In this document: positions 1 through 9,850 of the stretch, piece after piece
Numbering within the stretch: position 1 is the first letter of the stretch
How the letters are laid out: each line of letters opens with the position of its first letter
From: Squalus acanthias
Taxonomy: Eukaryota
Direction of reading: 5' to 3'
Assembly: GCA_030390025.1 (NCBI GenBank)
Contig: CM059432.1
Location: 150,600,001 to 150,664,000 of the forward strand
Length of the DNA: 64,000 nucleotides
The notes under the pieces: model-generated
Database searches by the model: none
The model's input: the letters and a program-made list of their open reading frames with translations, nothing else
What the model was told of the DNA's origin: nothing
Made by a program: the position numbers and the translations under genes

Positions 1-462
1 CCAGTTCACCAGATTCCACAAAAAGGATTTCTCCATTATTGATTCCCTTTGTGATATTAAAAACACAGATTGTGTCTCAGTCGGTCTACTTAGAGCCAGT
101 GAGGACAGATTTAGCTCTCTCAGCTCCTCTTCATAGCTCAATCATACCCCTTTCCAAAGTCTCTATTGTCTTTCCATTAAGTTAACAAACTAGACAATAT
201 TCCAAAGTATGCCTCACCTGTGTATATAAAATGGCAATCACCTTTTGAATTTATACACTGTTCTGTGTATCTTGGCAACTGCTGCTGCACAATGCAATGA
301 CACTTTCAACATTTGGTCAACAAGCACAGCTAGATCCTTTTTATATTACAACTCACTTAACAACATACTATTTATTGTGTAATTAAATTTGCTATTTTTA
401 GCACCATGTATTTCTCAGTATTAATTGCTTTTTGCCATTCAACTGCTCAGTTGCTAAGTTAC

Positions 463-520
463 CATTGGTGTCTCTGAACAGTACTTCCTTCTTGAAATAT
501 CCTTTTTCCACAGAACTTTG
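463..520 (-). CDS. Putative host-gene exon E (QSSVEKGYFKKEVLFRDTN), phase 0 to 1
   Basis: Minus strand reads ttttatgtatatag|CAAAGT...ACCAATG|gtaact; 58 nt, open, phase-compatible with exon 3121-3209; lies in non-repetitive AT-rich DNA. Confidence 0.5.
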
Positions 521-877
521 CTATATACATAAAATTAAAGGGTAGCTTTATTGTTACTTTTCTGTCACTGTGAAACAGTTTCAATTTCGGAGCAACACAA
601 AAGTGACAGTCTAACTTATTCTGGAATGAAATCTGTATCACACTACTTTAAGCTTAACACCATATAAAATATAGTGCCATGTCAAACCAGGTTTAAAACA
701 TATTCGGGAGTCCCTGCCCAGGATGTTGCACTTTATAAAATTAGGTGAAGTTTAATTCTTCAAAGAATGCTGGCGTTTTTCGACTGTGCTCCCAAAACAA
801 TTAAAATTTACCATCTGAAAACAGTGCTCTGCACGTGCTCTGACTGTTTGATTCAGAATCAGGCAGTGTAAACGTGG

Positions 878-941
878 TATAAAAACAGAAAATGCTGGAA
901 ATACTCAGCAGGTCAGGCAGCATCTGTAGAGAGAGAAACAG
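878..941 (-). mobile_element. Short Penelope-derived/SINE-like repeat fragment
   Basis: aaatgctggaaatactcagcaggtcaggcagcatctgtagagagagaaac is the reverse complement of the repeat at 16016-16065. Confidence 0.5.
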
Positions 942-1242
942 TGCAAACGTGGCACTGCTCAGCTGGAAATAATTCTGCAGCTTCCAGTCTCACACCATTA
1001 GTTAAGGTAAACAGCCCTAACCAAAGTCATGAAGGACATTGTGACTATGGCTGTGGTATGTTAATCGCTCCTCATCCTCTCTGCACCCTTGGACACAGTT
1101 CAACACATTATCCTTCTCTAACATCTCTCTTCTGTTGTCCACCTCGTTGGCAATGCCCTTGCTTGGTTCTACTCTTACCTATCCAATCATAGCCAGTATA
1201 TCCCAATCACCTGGGACTCTCCCAAAGATCCATCCTCGAGCC

Positions 1243-1272
1243 TTCCTCCTCCTCCTCCTCCTCCTCCTCCTC
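1243..1272 (+). repeat. (CCT)n microsatellite, about 10 units
   Basis: Direct reading of cttcctcctcct... Confidence 0.9.
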
Positions 1273-1296
1273 ATCTACACACTGCAACATCAAGGG

Positions 1297-1762
1297 GGTA
1301 CGGTCATGACGTGTTTACGATACTAGACTAGGAATCCAGAGGCCTGGATGAATAATCCAGAGAAGGAGAGTTCAAATCCCAACATGGCACTTTGAGAATT
1401 TGAATTTAGCTTTAATAATCTGGAATCAGTAAAAGTGACCACGAAGCTGTCAGATTGTCATAAAAGCCCAACTGCTTCACTAATGTCCTTCAGGAAGGAA
1501 ATCTGCCCTCCTTACCCGGTCTGGTCTACATGTGACTCCAGTCCCAAACCATCGTGGTTAACTCGCAACTGCCCTCTGAAGGGGCCTAGCAAGCCACTCA
1601 GTTGCATCAAACCGCTAAACAGCATTGTCTCACAGCATCAACTGGGCACCTTCACAACAGTAGTTCAAGAAGGTGGCCCATCACCATCTTCTCAGGGCAA
1701 TTAGGGATGGGCAACAAATGCCAGCCTTGCCAGCGACACCCACATCACAACAATAAAAACAA
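1297..1762 (+). mobile_element. tRNA-headed SINE sharing both head and tail with the LINE at 8474-12379
   Basis: B-box GAGTTCAAATCCC at 1368-1380; body matches the reverse complement of 12050-12350; tail gttcaagaagg...gggcaattagggatgggcaacaaatgccagccttgccagc matches the reverse complement of 8490-8580. Confidence 0.8.
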
Positions 1763-1764
1763 AA

Positions 1765-3090
1765 TCTGCACACATGGTGTCAGCTGCTACATGTATGCTG
1801 ATGACACCCAGCTCTACTACTCTACCAGCTCTCTTGGTCCCTCCACTCTGTGTGGTCAGATTGCTTGTCTGACATCCAGTCTTGGATAAGATGCAATTTC
1901 CTCCAGCTAAACATTGGAAAGACGAAAGCCATCATTTTCGGTCCCTGCCAGAAACTCCATACCCTTGCCATCAGCTCCATCCCCTCTCTGGTTACTGTCT
2001 GAGGCTGAAGCAGACTGTTTGGTACCCTATTCGACCCCAAGCTGAGCTTACAATCCTATATCCTCTCCATCACAAAGACCACAAAGTGCCACTTCTGTAA
2101 CATCTCCTACCGCCATCTCAATGTCAGCACATGTGCCAATAAAATCCTCACCTATGCCTTTGTCAGCTCCAGACTCGAGTATTCCAATGCTCTGTTGGCT
2201 GGCATTCCATTTTCCACCCTCTGCAAATGCGGCTAATCCAAACTTCTACTGCTTGTATCTTATCCTACATCAAGTCCCACTCACCCATCACCCCTGTTCT
2301 CACTGACATTGGCTCTTGGTCCCCCAACACCTCAAATTTAAAATGCTCATCCTTTTGTTTAAATCCATCCATAGTTTTGCCTTTTCTATATTCGTAATCT
2401 TCTCCAGCGCTACCACCCCCCCTCCCCACCCCCAGTCAACCCTCATGAAACCTGACAGTTAAAGCAAGGTGGGGACTGCTTTATACCTACCTCCTGGATC
2501 CAGGGTCCCTACCTAACCCACCCCCCGCGATCGGAGACCCCCTCACAAGGCCTCAGATCGCCTTCCCAGGCATCCGATCCCCACCATGGGGCCTCCCCCA
2601 CCCACCCCACCGATGATGCGGAGGCCGGCCACAATCCTCCAGTGGCCGGCATCGATCCTCTCTCCTCTACCTCTCCCCACCCCCGCCCACCAATCCCCGT
2701 CCGACCCCCTGATCCCTGGCCGACCCCCCGATCCCTGGCCGACCCCCCGATCCCTGGCCGACTCCCCGATCCCTGGCCCCCCCCCCCCGATCCCTGGCCG
2801 CCCCCCGATCCCTGGCCGCCCCCCGATCAACTCCCCAGATATCCCCAACTGACTTCCCCCGCGATCCCTGACCGACCCCCCCCACCCCCCCGGGTTTCCC
2901 GCCTGCCTTGGAGGCCCCTGCCCCCAATCTGCCTACCTCCACAAAATTCCAGCCAACCTTTTACTCAAGCTTTTAGTCACCACTTCTAATATTTCCTAGA
3001 TTGGTAAGGCGTCCAATTCCTTAGTCATCTGTAAATCACCTTGAGATGTTTTTCAATATTAAAGGCAATATATAAATGCAAGTTATGGCT
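1765..3090 (+). mobile_element. Degenerate L2-type LINE 3' portion, interrupted by a GC-rich insert at about 2430-2950
   Basis: YADDTQLY RT motif near 1790-1820; L2-like tail aaaggcaatatataaatgcaagtt at 3061-3084. Confidence 0.7.
2701..2830 (+). repeat. Minisatellite, unit about 18-21 bp (CCGACCCCCCGATCCCTGG), 6-7 copies
   Basis: Repeated gatccctggccg; source of the Pro/Gly-rich ORFs at 2543-2989. Confidence 0.9.
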
Positions 3091-3120
3091 ATATAAAGAC
3101 ACCCAAGACATTCTACTTAC

Positions 3121-3209
3121 CTTGTTGAGGTTATTATGAGCAGCAGAGGTTCTGTTTAGCCTGTTCCTGGGAGAAATTCTACTGCATGCAGCTTCCTTAA
3201 TTATTTTTC
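3121..3209 (-). CDS. Putative host-gene exon D (KIIKEAACSRISPRNRLNRTSAAHNNLNK), phase 1 to 0
   Basis: Minus strand reads ctgactaaacaatttcag|GAAAAATA...AACAAG|gtaagt with a consensus donor and a branch-point-like ctgac/ctaa; 89 nt. Confidence 0.6.
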
Positions 3210-3477
3210 CTGAAATTGTTTAGTCAGCTCATGATGAAATTTACAGCTTCATCTTTGATCCCATGAGTTTATACTTTAGCTACAGATCCCCTACGAGTGA
3301 ACTCAAGTATTTTCTGTTAGTCAAGATATCTACCAGTTACCCAAGTCCACTAACCGTGCGGGTTCAGTAAAAGGCGGGCGGTCCGTGGTGATGATGAAAA
3401 TCTATCCTAATGTAAATTCCTTGATTTATTGGCCACAATTTTGGCAGCACGTTAACTGGAAGATTTTTCTGTGTAGA

Positions 3478-4040
3478 ATGGCAGAAAACACGCACCAAGG
3501 TTCTTCGATACTGCACTAGAGGCCTTGGTGTAGGAGGTGGAAAGGAGGAGGGACATCTTGTATCAGCCGGGGAGCAGGAAACCTTCACAGCACATGATGA
3601 GGAGGCAGTAAGATGAGGTCGCAGAGGAGGCGAATGACAGGAGCATGGCTTCACATACCTGAATTCAGGGTCGCAGGAAGTTCAATGATCTGACAAAAGT
3701 TGTCAAGACCAATCTTCAACTGACATCTCATAACAGCTGCACCACTCATTGCCTCATCAACTTCTGAATTCAGACCACCCCACCCGCCTACAATCTCTAT
3801 CAATCAGTACTGAACACTTCAATTGGCATGCATATCAATTGATATGCTTAACGTCACCCTTAGCCGCAACTGCCAGCTATTCAACCATGACTGCCTCATC
3901 ACCCAGATATTTTGCAGGACTCATTAGCACATTTCCCTTTTTCTTGCAGGAGAAGGTAGCGCATAACAGGAAACAGCAAACTGAAACTGGTGGAGGAGCA
4001 AGGGGCCGAATACACTGCTCCTCACTGAAGTTGAGGTGAG
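3478..4040 (+). pseudogene. Harbinger Myb/SANT-like DNA-binding gene remnant (two exon-like pieces)
   Basis: Translates to APRFFDTALEALV*EVERRRDILY ... KFNDLTKVVK, then ttttcttgcag|EKVAHNRKQQTETGGG; typical of Harbinger Myb-like accessory proteins; contains stops and frameshifts. Confidence 0.7.
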
Positions 4041-5392
4041 AGAAGTGTTCCCTGAAGACCCTCTGTGGATATGGCCACCTGCTGAGGGCCCACCTCCTTC
4101 TCCTCACTCTTCTAGCACTTTGTCGTGTTTTGTTGTGTCTTCCTTCACGCTCCCAGTCATGTTCTATTCAGATAGGTGGCCAGGCCACCCATGTCTGGAG
4201 GAAAATAATTTGTGCAGTAGATAACAGCCATGGGACGGCAAGAACAGCCAGACCGCTCCCTCTATAAATTACTGACTGAGCAAAAAATACCTATAAGTCG
4301 AGCAGCAGTCAAAAATAGTAATCCAGCAAATTACCTGCATGATGCCTTTAAACACCGCTGGCAGGGGGTCCTTCATGCCTTTAGTGTCATGTTATGATGA
4401 GCGAGGTCATCACAGGGCGTCTGACTGACTGAGGCCTTCTAAAATGGAATAGCGGCCTCAATTCAGCGTTGTACGCTGAACCACTACATGTTGCCAGCAT
4501 TTGGTAGGCGTGCACGCGCACACTAAGTCCTTTGCCAATATGCCGCGCTTTGCACTTCCCGTCGGGAGTGTGCAGGTGCATCTTGGATGCCATTTTTGGA
4601 ACTTACATGATCGCGTAGTGCCTTCAAAGCGGGTGCTACGCGGCCTAATTTAACCCCCGGAAAATTAAATTTTAGGTTTCCTTGTGGGCAGGAGTGTTCA
4701 TCTGAGCCTCACAAGGAAGCCTCAGAACTTCCTTGCCCTGGGCTAGGCCCCCTCCACCCAATCATCTTCAGAGTACCACCACCCCCACCCCCGATTGAGG
4801 CTAGAGCCCTCCCCTCCACCACCCCCACGCGTGCCCAGAGCACCCTCTTCCCCCTGATCATGGCCAGAAACTCCTCCCTCAATTCCCTCCAGACCTCCCA
4901 TCAACTGATGGCCGGGACCGTTCACTTGAGTCCTTGGCTGTGGCCTCCTGCGGTCCCACCCACTAACCAGGTAGTGGATCCGGCCGGTTCGAGCAGGAAT
5001 CTGGGAGCATTTATTCAAATGAGGCCCGGGTCTCCACGTCCCCAGACTCCCCTGGGTGCACCACCCACTGAGGGGCTCATGCGCATCACACCCGCCCTCC
5101 CTTTAAAATCGCGGCTATTCTCTTTATTCTCACTAAATGCTTTATAATTAACTCAAATAGTTTTTTTTACTATTGCTGTCAAGTTAAAGGCCAACAATTC
5201 CCACGATTCTGCCTCTGACCTTTCAAGACTAGAGTCAAAAATAGCTATTCTCTAGTACCAGTCTTGTGTTCAGTGAACTTGGTGAACAGTTCCTTTCTGC
5301 AATCCCTATGTCTATCCTCATTTGTTTTGTTTCCTTTGATACATTCCATGTCGACCTGATGGGTTAAATGCTCCGATTTCTGGAACATTTCA

Positions 5393-5904
5393 GGGGGAGT
5401 TTTAACCTAAAAAAAACAGGTGGGTTTGGGTCAGATGGGAAGTTAAAGTGTTAAAAATCTGTATCCCGACCCGTGCTCCTCCGGCCCGATTGTTGCCGGC
5501 CGTCCCCACTGCCCCCGCTCTTCCGGCCGCCGATCCTTCCCTAACCCCCACCCCCCTGCTCTAGTTTGTTCCCGACCTCTTCCCCGTGCCGCTCCTGGCC
5601 CCCGATTGTTCTTTACCCCTGCGCGCCGCCTCCCCCCCCTACCCACCTACCCTTGCTCCTCCAACCGCCCCCAGCCCCCACACCATCTCTCCCTCCCTCC
5701 CTCCTCTCTGCAGCCTAATGCCATAGGCCTACCCGCCCGCAGCCAGCCTCTTAATCTGGCTGGGAAACAGAAGTTTCCCATGCAAATCAGGCCCTGCCGT
5801 TAAATTCGGTAGGGCCTACGGGAAATCCATTCTCGTGGGGGAGTGGGGGGGGGGCTTCGGAGCGCCCCCCACTCCCAACCTGCCTCCCCATTAAAATTCA
5901 GCCC
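5393..5904. mobile_element. Harbinger-type MITE
   Basis: Imperfect TIRs GGGGGAGTTTTAA / TTAAAATTCAGCCC around a GC-rich non-coding interior. Confidence 0.55.
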
Positions 5905-6263
5905 TTCATTACTGGCCAGTATTTTCTTCAGTCTTGTTTGTATCCCCATTAAACGAGCTGTTTGTTTGGGTATACTATAGTGTCCTCTGGTAAAAATCTT
6001 GATAAAATAAAGCTATAGCATGCCCACTATTTCACTTCACTTCCCTGTGAGACACCTCACTGGATTAGTATTTTGCCTTCTATGAATTTGCCCCAAAACA
6101 GTTAACTTTTGCGAATGGCCCTGTATTTTGTTTATTCCAATTCCCTCGGATTATTTCAGTATCTCGCGTTTTGCTTTTATATTTTTCCAATCACTCATAA
6201 TTGTTTGTCTTAAAACTCTTTTGCTAATCTAAGCTTCCTATTTAACCACCTAGGCTTAATATT

Positions 6264-7192
6264 AGCCCAGATTTTGCAACAAGAATAATGGTGAGTCTCT
6301 CAGCGCTTACTGTTATTAGGGAGTAAATCGGACAGCTACTTCTGGCGTCCGAACATGCGCAGTAAAACGCGGAAATCCAGACGTTGCTGCCTGATTTGCC
6401 CTTGTCCTCCACAAGCTTCGCTATGCCGGCACCTCGCCAAGAGACTGGGCAGTAAAACACATGTAAGGGTGTGTATTTGCGGTACTTACCCACTAGTTAT
6501 CCACTAAACATGCCAGAAAAGTTAAGACTTGTCCATTAAAGTGTAAGTGAATTTTTAAAGTGAATTTGATAAGCAATGTTCCCTCTAAGTTTTTTTTCGT
6601 GTGCAGTTCCTTTAACCTTGCGCGGTATCTTCCAGCGGCAACAGCTTGTGAACGGCCTGCACGGGACCTCGCGATCGATGTGTGGTTGCACGCCCGCGCA
6701 CCTTAGGAGGATCATTGGTGATAAATCTTAATTACTACCAAACAACCTCTCTGGCACTGAAAATTACCTTTTACAAGCGTGGAGTCTCATTCCTTCAGAT
6801 TTTAATTATTGTTGGAGATTCTTTTTAAATTAAAAATTCAAATAATTTTTACTTTTTCTTTGTCTCTTTTATCTCTCTTAATCCCATCTTTCCTTCCCTC
6901 TATTTATTTTGCTTTCTGTACATGATTTGCCATTCAATTAACTATTCTAACTTACACTTCCTGGTTTAGACTCTGCGTGTCTCAGTGAGGATTCTTCAAT
7001 CTCATTGGTCGAAGATGCTGTTGCTTTCCCTGTTCATACGTGCCACAGATCCCCTGTATGGGGTGCCGCGCTGTTACAGACGCCCAATGACCGTAAGTTG
7101 CTGCTCAAAAGTCCACAATAGGTCTGTGGGCAGCTCTAAGCGCAATGAATGCCGAGCGCCGTTCGTTCACCGCTGACCGCAAAATCCGGGCC
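6264..7192 (+). mobile_element. Harbinger-type MITE family A, copy 1, with a nested hAT MITE
   Basis: TIRs AGCCCAGATTTTGC / GCAAAATCCGGGCC; internal blocks shared with 16258-17014 and 33974-34721. Confidence 0.7.
6574..6717. mobile_element. Small hAT-type MITE
   Basis: Ends CAATGTTCCCTCTAAG / CTTAGGAGGATCATTG; 8-bp flanks TTGATAAG / GTGATAAA (6 of 8 match). Confidence 0.6.
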
Positions 7193-7639
7193 AACATCTT
7201 CTTACTTCAATGTGTAGTATATCTGATCTCTACTCTTTCCATTAAATTCAGGTCGTCTATCTTACTCCAACTTTAAAATTCCACTTCAGAATCTGGTTAC
7301 ACCATTTTTCATACTTAAAACCCATAATCCTGCACTTCCTCAACAATCAGAAATCCGTCCAAATCGTTGTTGAAAGTTTCTATAGCCATTGGGGTGAAAT
7401 TGGACCTTGCTGCACCTGTTTTCCGAGTGGGAATCACAGGCACAGAGGTCCAATTTGGGGGGCTAACTTCCTGTGCCTGAACAGCATTGGAAATATGTCT
7501 GACGGCATTTTGATTTGGACGTCAGCCTAAAACAGGTTTGACGCTAATTTTAGGACCACCTTTTCGAAATTTGTGAAAAAACTGGCCAGACCTACATTAG
7601 CCTAAACAGCGGTCCTTGAAGGCTAGAGGCTGCCAAAGA

Positions 7640-7875
7640 CAAAAGAAGACCAGGGGAAGTCTCCAAGTGTTCTGACCAACATTTATCCTCAAACCAACAA
7701 AACAATTAACTGGTCATTCGTCTCATTGCTATTTTTAGGACCTTGTTGTGTGCAAATTGGTTGCTCAGTTTTCCTACAAAACAACAGTGCCTACACTTCA
7801 AAAGTATTTCATTGACTGTGAAGCGTTTGGGGTCATTCTGAGGACATGAAACATGCTATATGAAAAAATGCAAAT
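7640..7875 (+). mobile_element. DeuSINE (SacSINE1-like) 3' portion
   Basis: atttatcctc...ctggtcatt...cattgct...gtgcaaattgg...acaacagtgcctacacttcaaaagtatttcattgactgtgaagcg, ending in an L2-type tail. Confidence 0.65.
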
Positions 7876-9012
7876 CCAAAATTCAAGTGAACACCGGGAA
7901 ATAATGGGGTCATTTTTATGACATCATTATCCCTAAAAAGTTTGACATCATTCAAAACAATCCACTGGAAACATGTGTGATCCTCATTACAGACAAGGAT
8001 TCAATGGAGCAGATCTCCATTCACATTTCTGCTCTATTTCACCCAAGTACACCTGTTTAAGGGGTGTAATTAAACCCAGAATTAGGACCCCTGGCTCAAA
8101 AAGCATATACATGTATGTATTAACTCCACTAATCCACCTCCTGTTTTTGAAATATTCCCATGTCATGCCACTTATGGATAATTACCTACAACGGCACTTT
8201 CCTTTGGTCCAATGCTCCCCTTTTTGCTTGAATAAATCTGTGACTTACTCCATTTGCTCTAGCAGTTCCCTCAGCACCACCAAACTGACTCAGTCATCCT
8301 CGCACCCCAAGATTAAATTTCTATTATCTACAGATTCTATATTAGCAACATTATCCCTTTCCCCGATCTGCATTTGTTATTTTTACTAAACATCATCATA
8401 TGAAGCTCACGTCCATCTTCAGACTGCAATCATGCCTTAAATCAGTTAAATCTACCATCTCCTTCCATGCATAATTTTTTTATTCGTTCATGGGATCTGG
8501 GCATTGCTGGCAAGGCCAGCATTTATTGCCCATCCCCAATTGCCCTTGAGAAGGTGGTGGTGAGCCGCCTTCTTGAACCGCTGCAGTTCGTGTGGTGAAG
8601 GTACTCCCACAGTGCTGTTAGGGAGGGAGTTCCAGGATTTTGACCCAGTGACGATCAAGGATCGGCGATATACTTCCAAGTCAGGATGGTGTGTGACTTG
8701 GAGGAGAACTTGGAGGTGATGGTGTTCCCATGCGCCAGCTGCCCTTGTCCTTCTAGGTGATAGAGATTGCGGGTTTGGGAGGTGCTGCCGAAGAAGCCTT
8801 GGCGAGTTGCTGCAGTGCATCTTGTAGATGGTACACACTGCAGCCACGGTACACCAGTGGTGGAAGGAGTGAATGTTTAAGGTGGTGGATGGGGTGCCAA
8901 TCAAGCGGGCTGCTTTGTCTTGGATGGTGTCGAGCTTCTTGAGTGTTGTTGGAGCTGCACCCATCCACGCAAGTGGAGAGTATTCCATCACACTCCTGAC
9001 TTGTGCCTTTTA

Positions 9013-9376
9013 CAGGAAACTCTTTATTAACCGGCACCCAAATATCCGGAAATCTCTCTTAACCGGCAAAATTCTTGAGTAGGTAACCGGGGTTTTCCTT
9101 CATCTCTCGTTTAAAATTAACTTTAAAAAAAAACCCAAGGCGTTTGCCTTGTATCGGAGCGTGTAGATTGGGAGGGGAATGTGCAGCCCGGGTAGGCAGC
9201 GGACACGACAGATGGTCAGCTGGCGGTCCCCGGGGAGACGGAGCTCCGAATGCAGGCGCATGTCAATGTGTACGGGGCTCTCGTACGTTGGGAGATATAA
9301 CTCTCCATTATCCGGACTTTTTGATTAACCGGCACCACGCCGGTCCCGTCGGTGCCGGTTAATAAAGAGTTTCCTG
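9013..9376. mobile_element. Tc1/mariner (Tigger/pogo-like) MITE, 364 bp, copy 1
   Basis: Perfect 26-bp TIR CAGGAAACTCTTTATTAACCGGCACC; TA target duplication at 9011-9012 and 9377-9378; interrupts the LINE. Confidence 0.95.
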
Positions 9377-9635
9377 TAGATGGTGGAAGGGCTTTGGGGA
9401 GTCAGGAGGTGAGACATTTGCTGCAGAATACCCAGCCTCTGACCTGCTCTTGTTGCTACGGTATTTATGTGGCTGGTCCAATTAAGTTTCTAGTCAGTGG
9501 TGACCCCCAGGATGTTGATGGTGCGAGATTCGGCGATGGTAATGCTGTTGAATGTCATGGGGCAGTGGTTAGCCTCTCTCTTGTTGGAGATGGTCATTGC
9601 CTGGTACTTGTGTGGCACAAATGTTACTTGCCACT

Positions 9636-9850
9636 TGACGTAATAAAGACTCACTACGCACTTGAACATAAAGCAAGGCTTTAATCAACTTGTAACAAAA
9701 CATGGAGGTCTAGTTAGCAGTCACTAGCTTCCTGTTTCCAGATTGTCTCTGCCCAAGGTGGGCCCATTCCTGAGTATTTATACTCCCTGGACGGCGCCCC
9801 AGCTGGCCACCCAGTAGTACTTCCTGAGTTGTTACTTGCGATTTATGACA
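9636..9850 (-). mobile_element. 215-bp solo LTR
   Basis: TG...CA ends; 5-bp TSD CCACT at 9631-9635 and 9851-9855; TATAAA followed by ATTAAA on the minus strand; removing it restores the LINE RT sequence. Confidence 0.85.

Noticed and set aside
2701..2830. CRISPR-like array
   Set aside because: Head-to-tail tandem units without unique spacers, in eukaryotic context, with no cas genes
2543..2989. Pro-rich/Gly-rich ORFs on both strands
   Set aside because: They are translations of a GC-rich minisatellite lacking stop codons; no gene structure
7973..8389. 138-aa plus-strand ORF, and a possible minus-strand exon at about 8190-8241
   Set aside because: No recognisable domain; the candidate acceptor lacks a pyrimidine tract; not needed for the exon chain
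9144..9362. 72-aa ORF repeated at 53873-54091
   Set aside because: Incidental frame inside the MITE, with a TTG start and no transposase motifs
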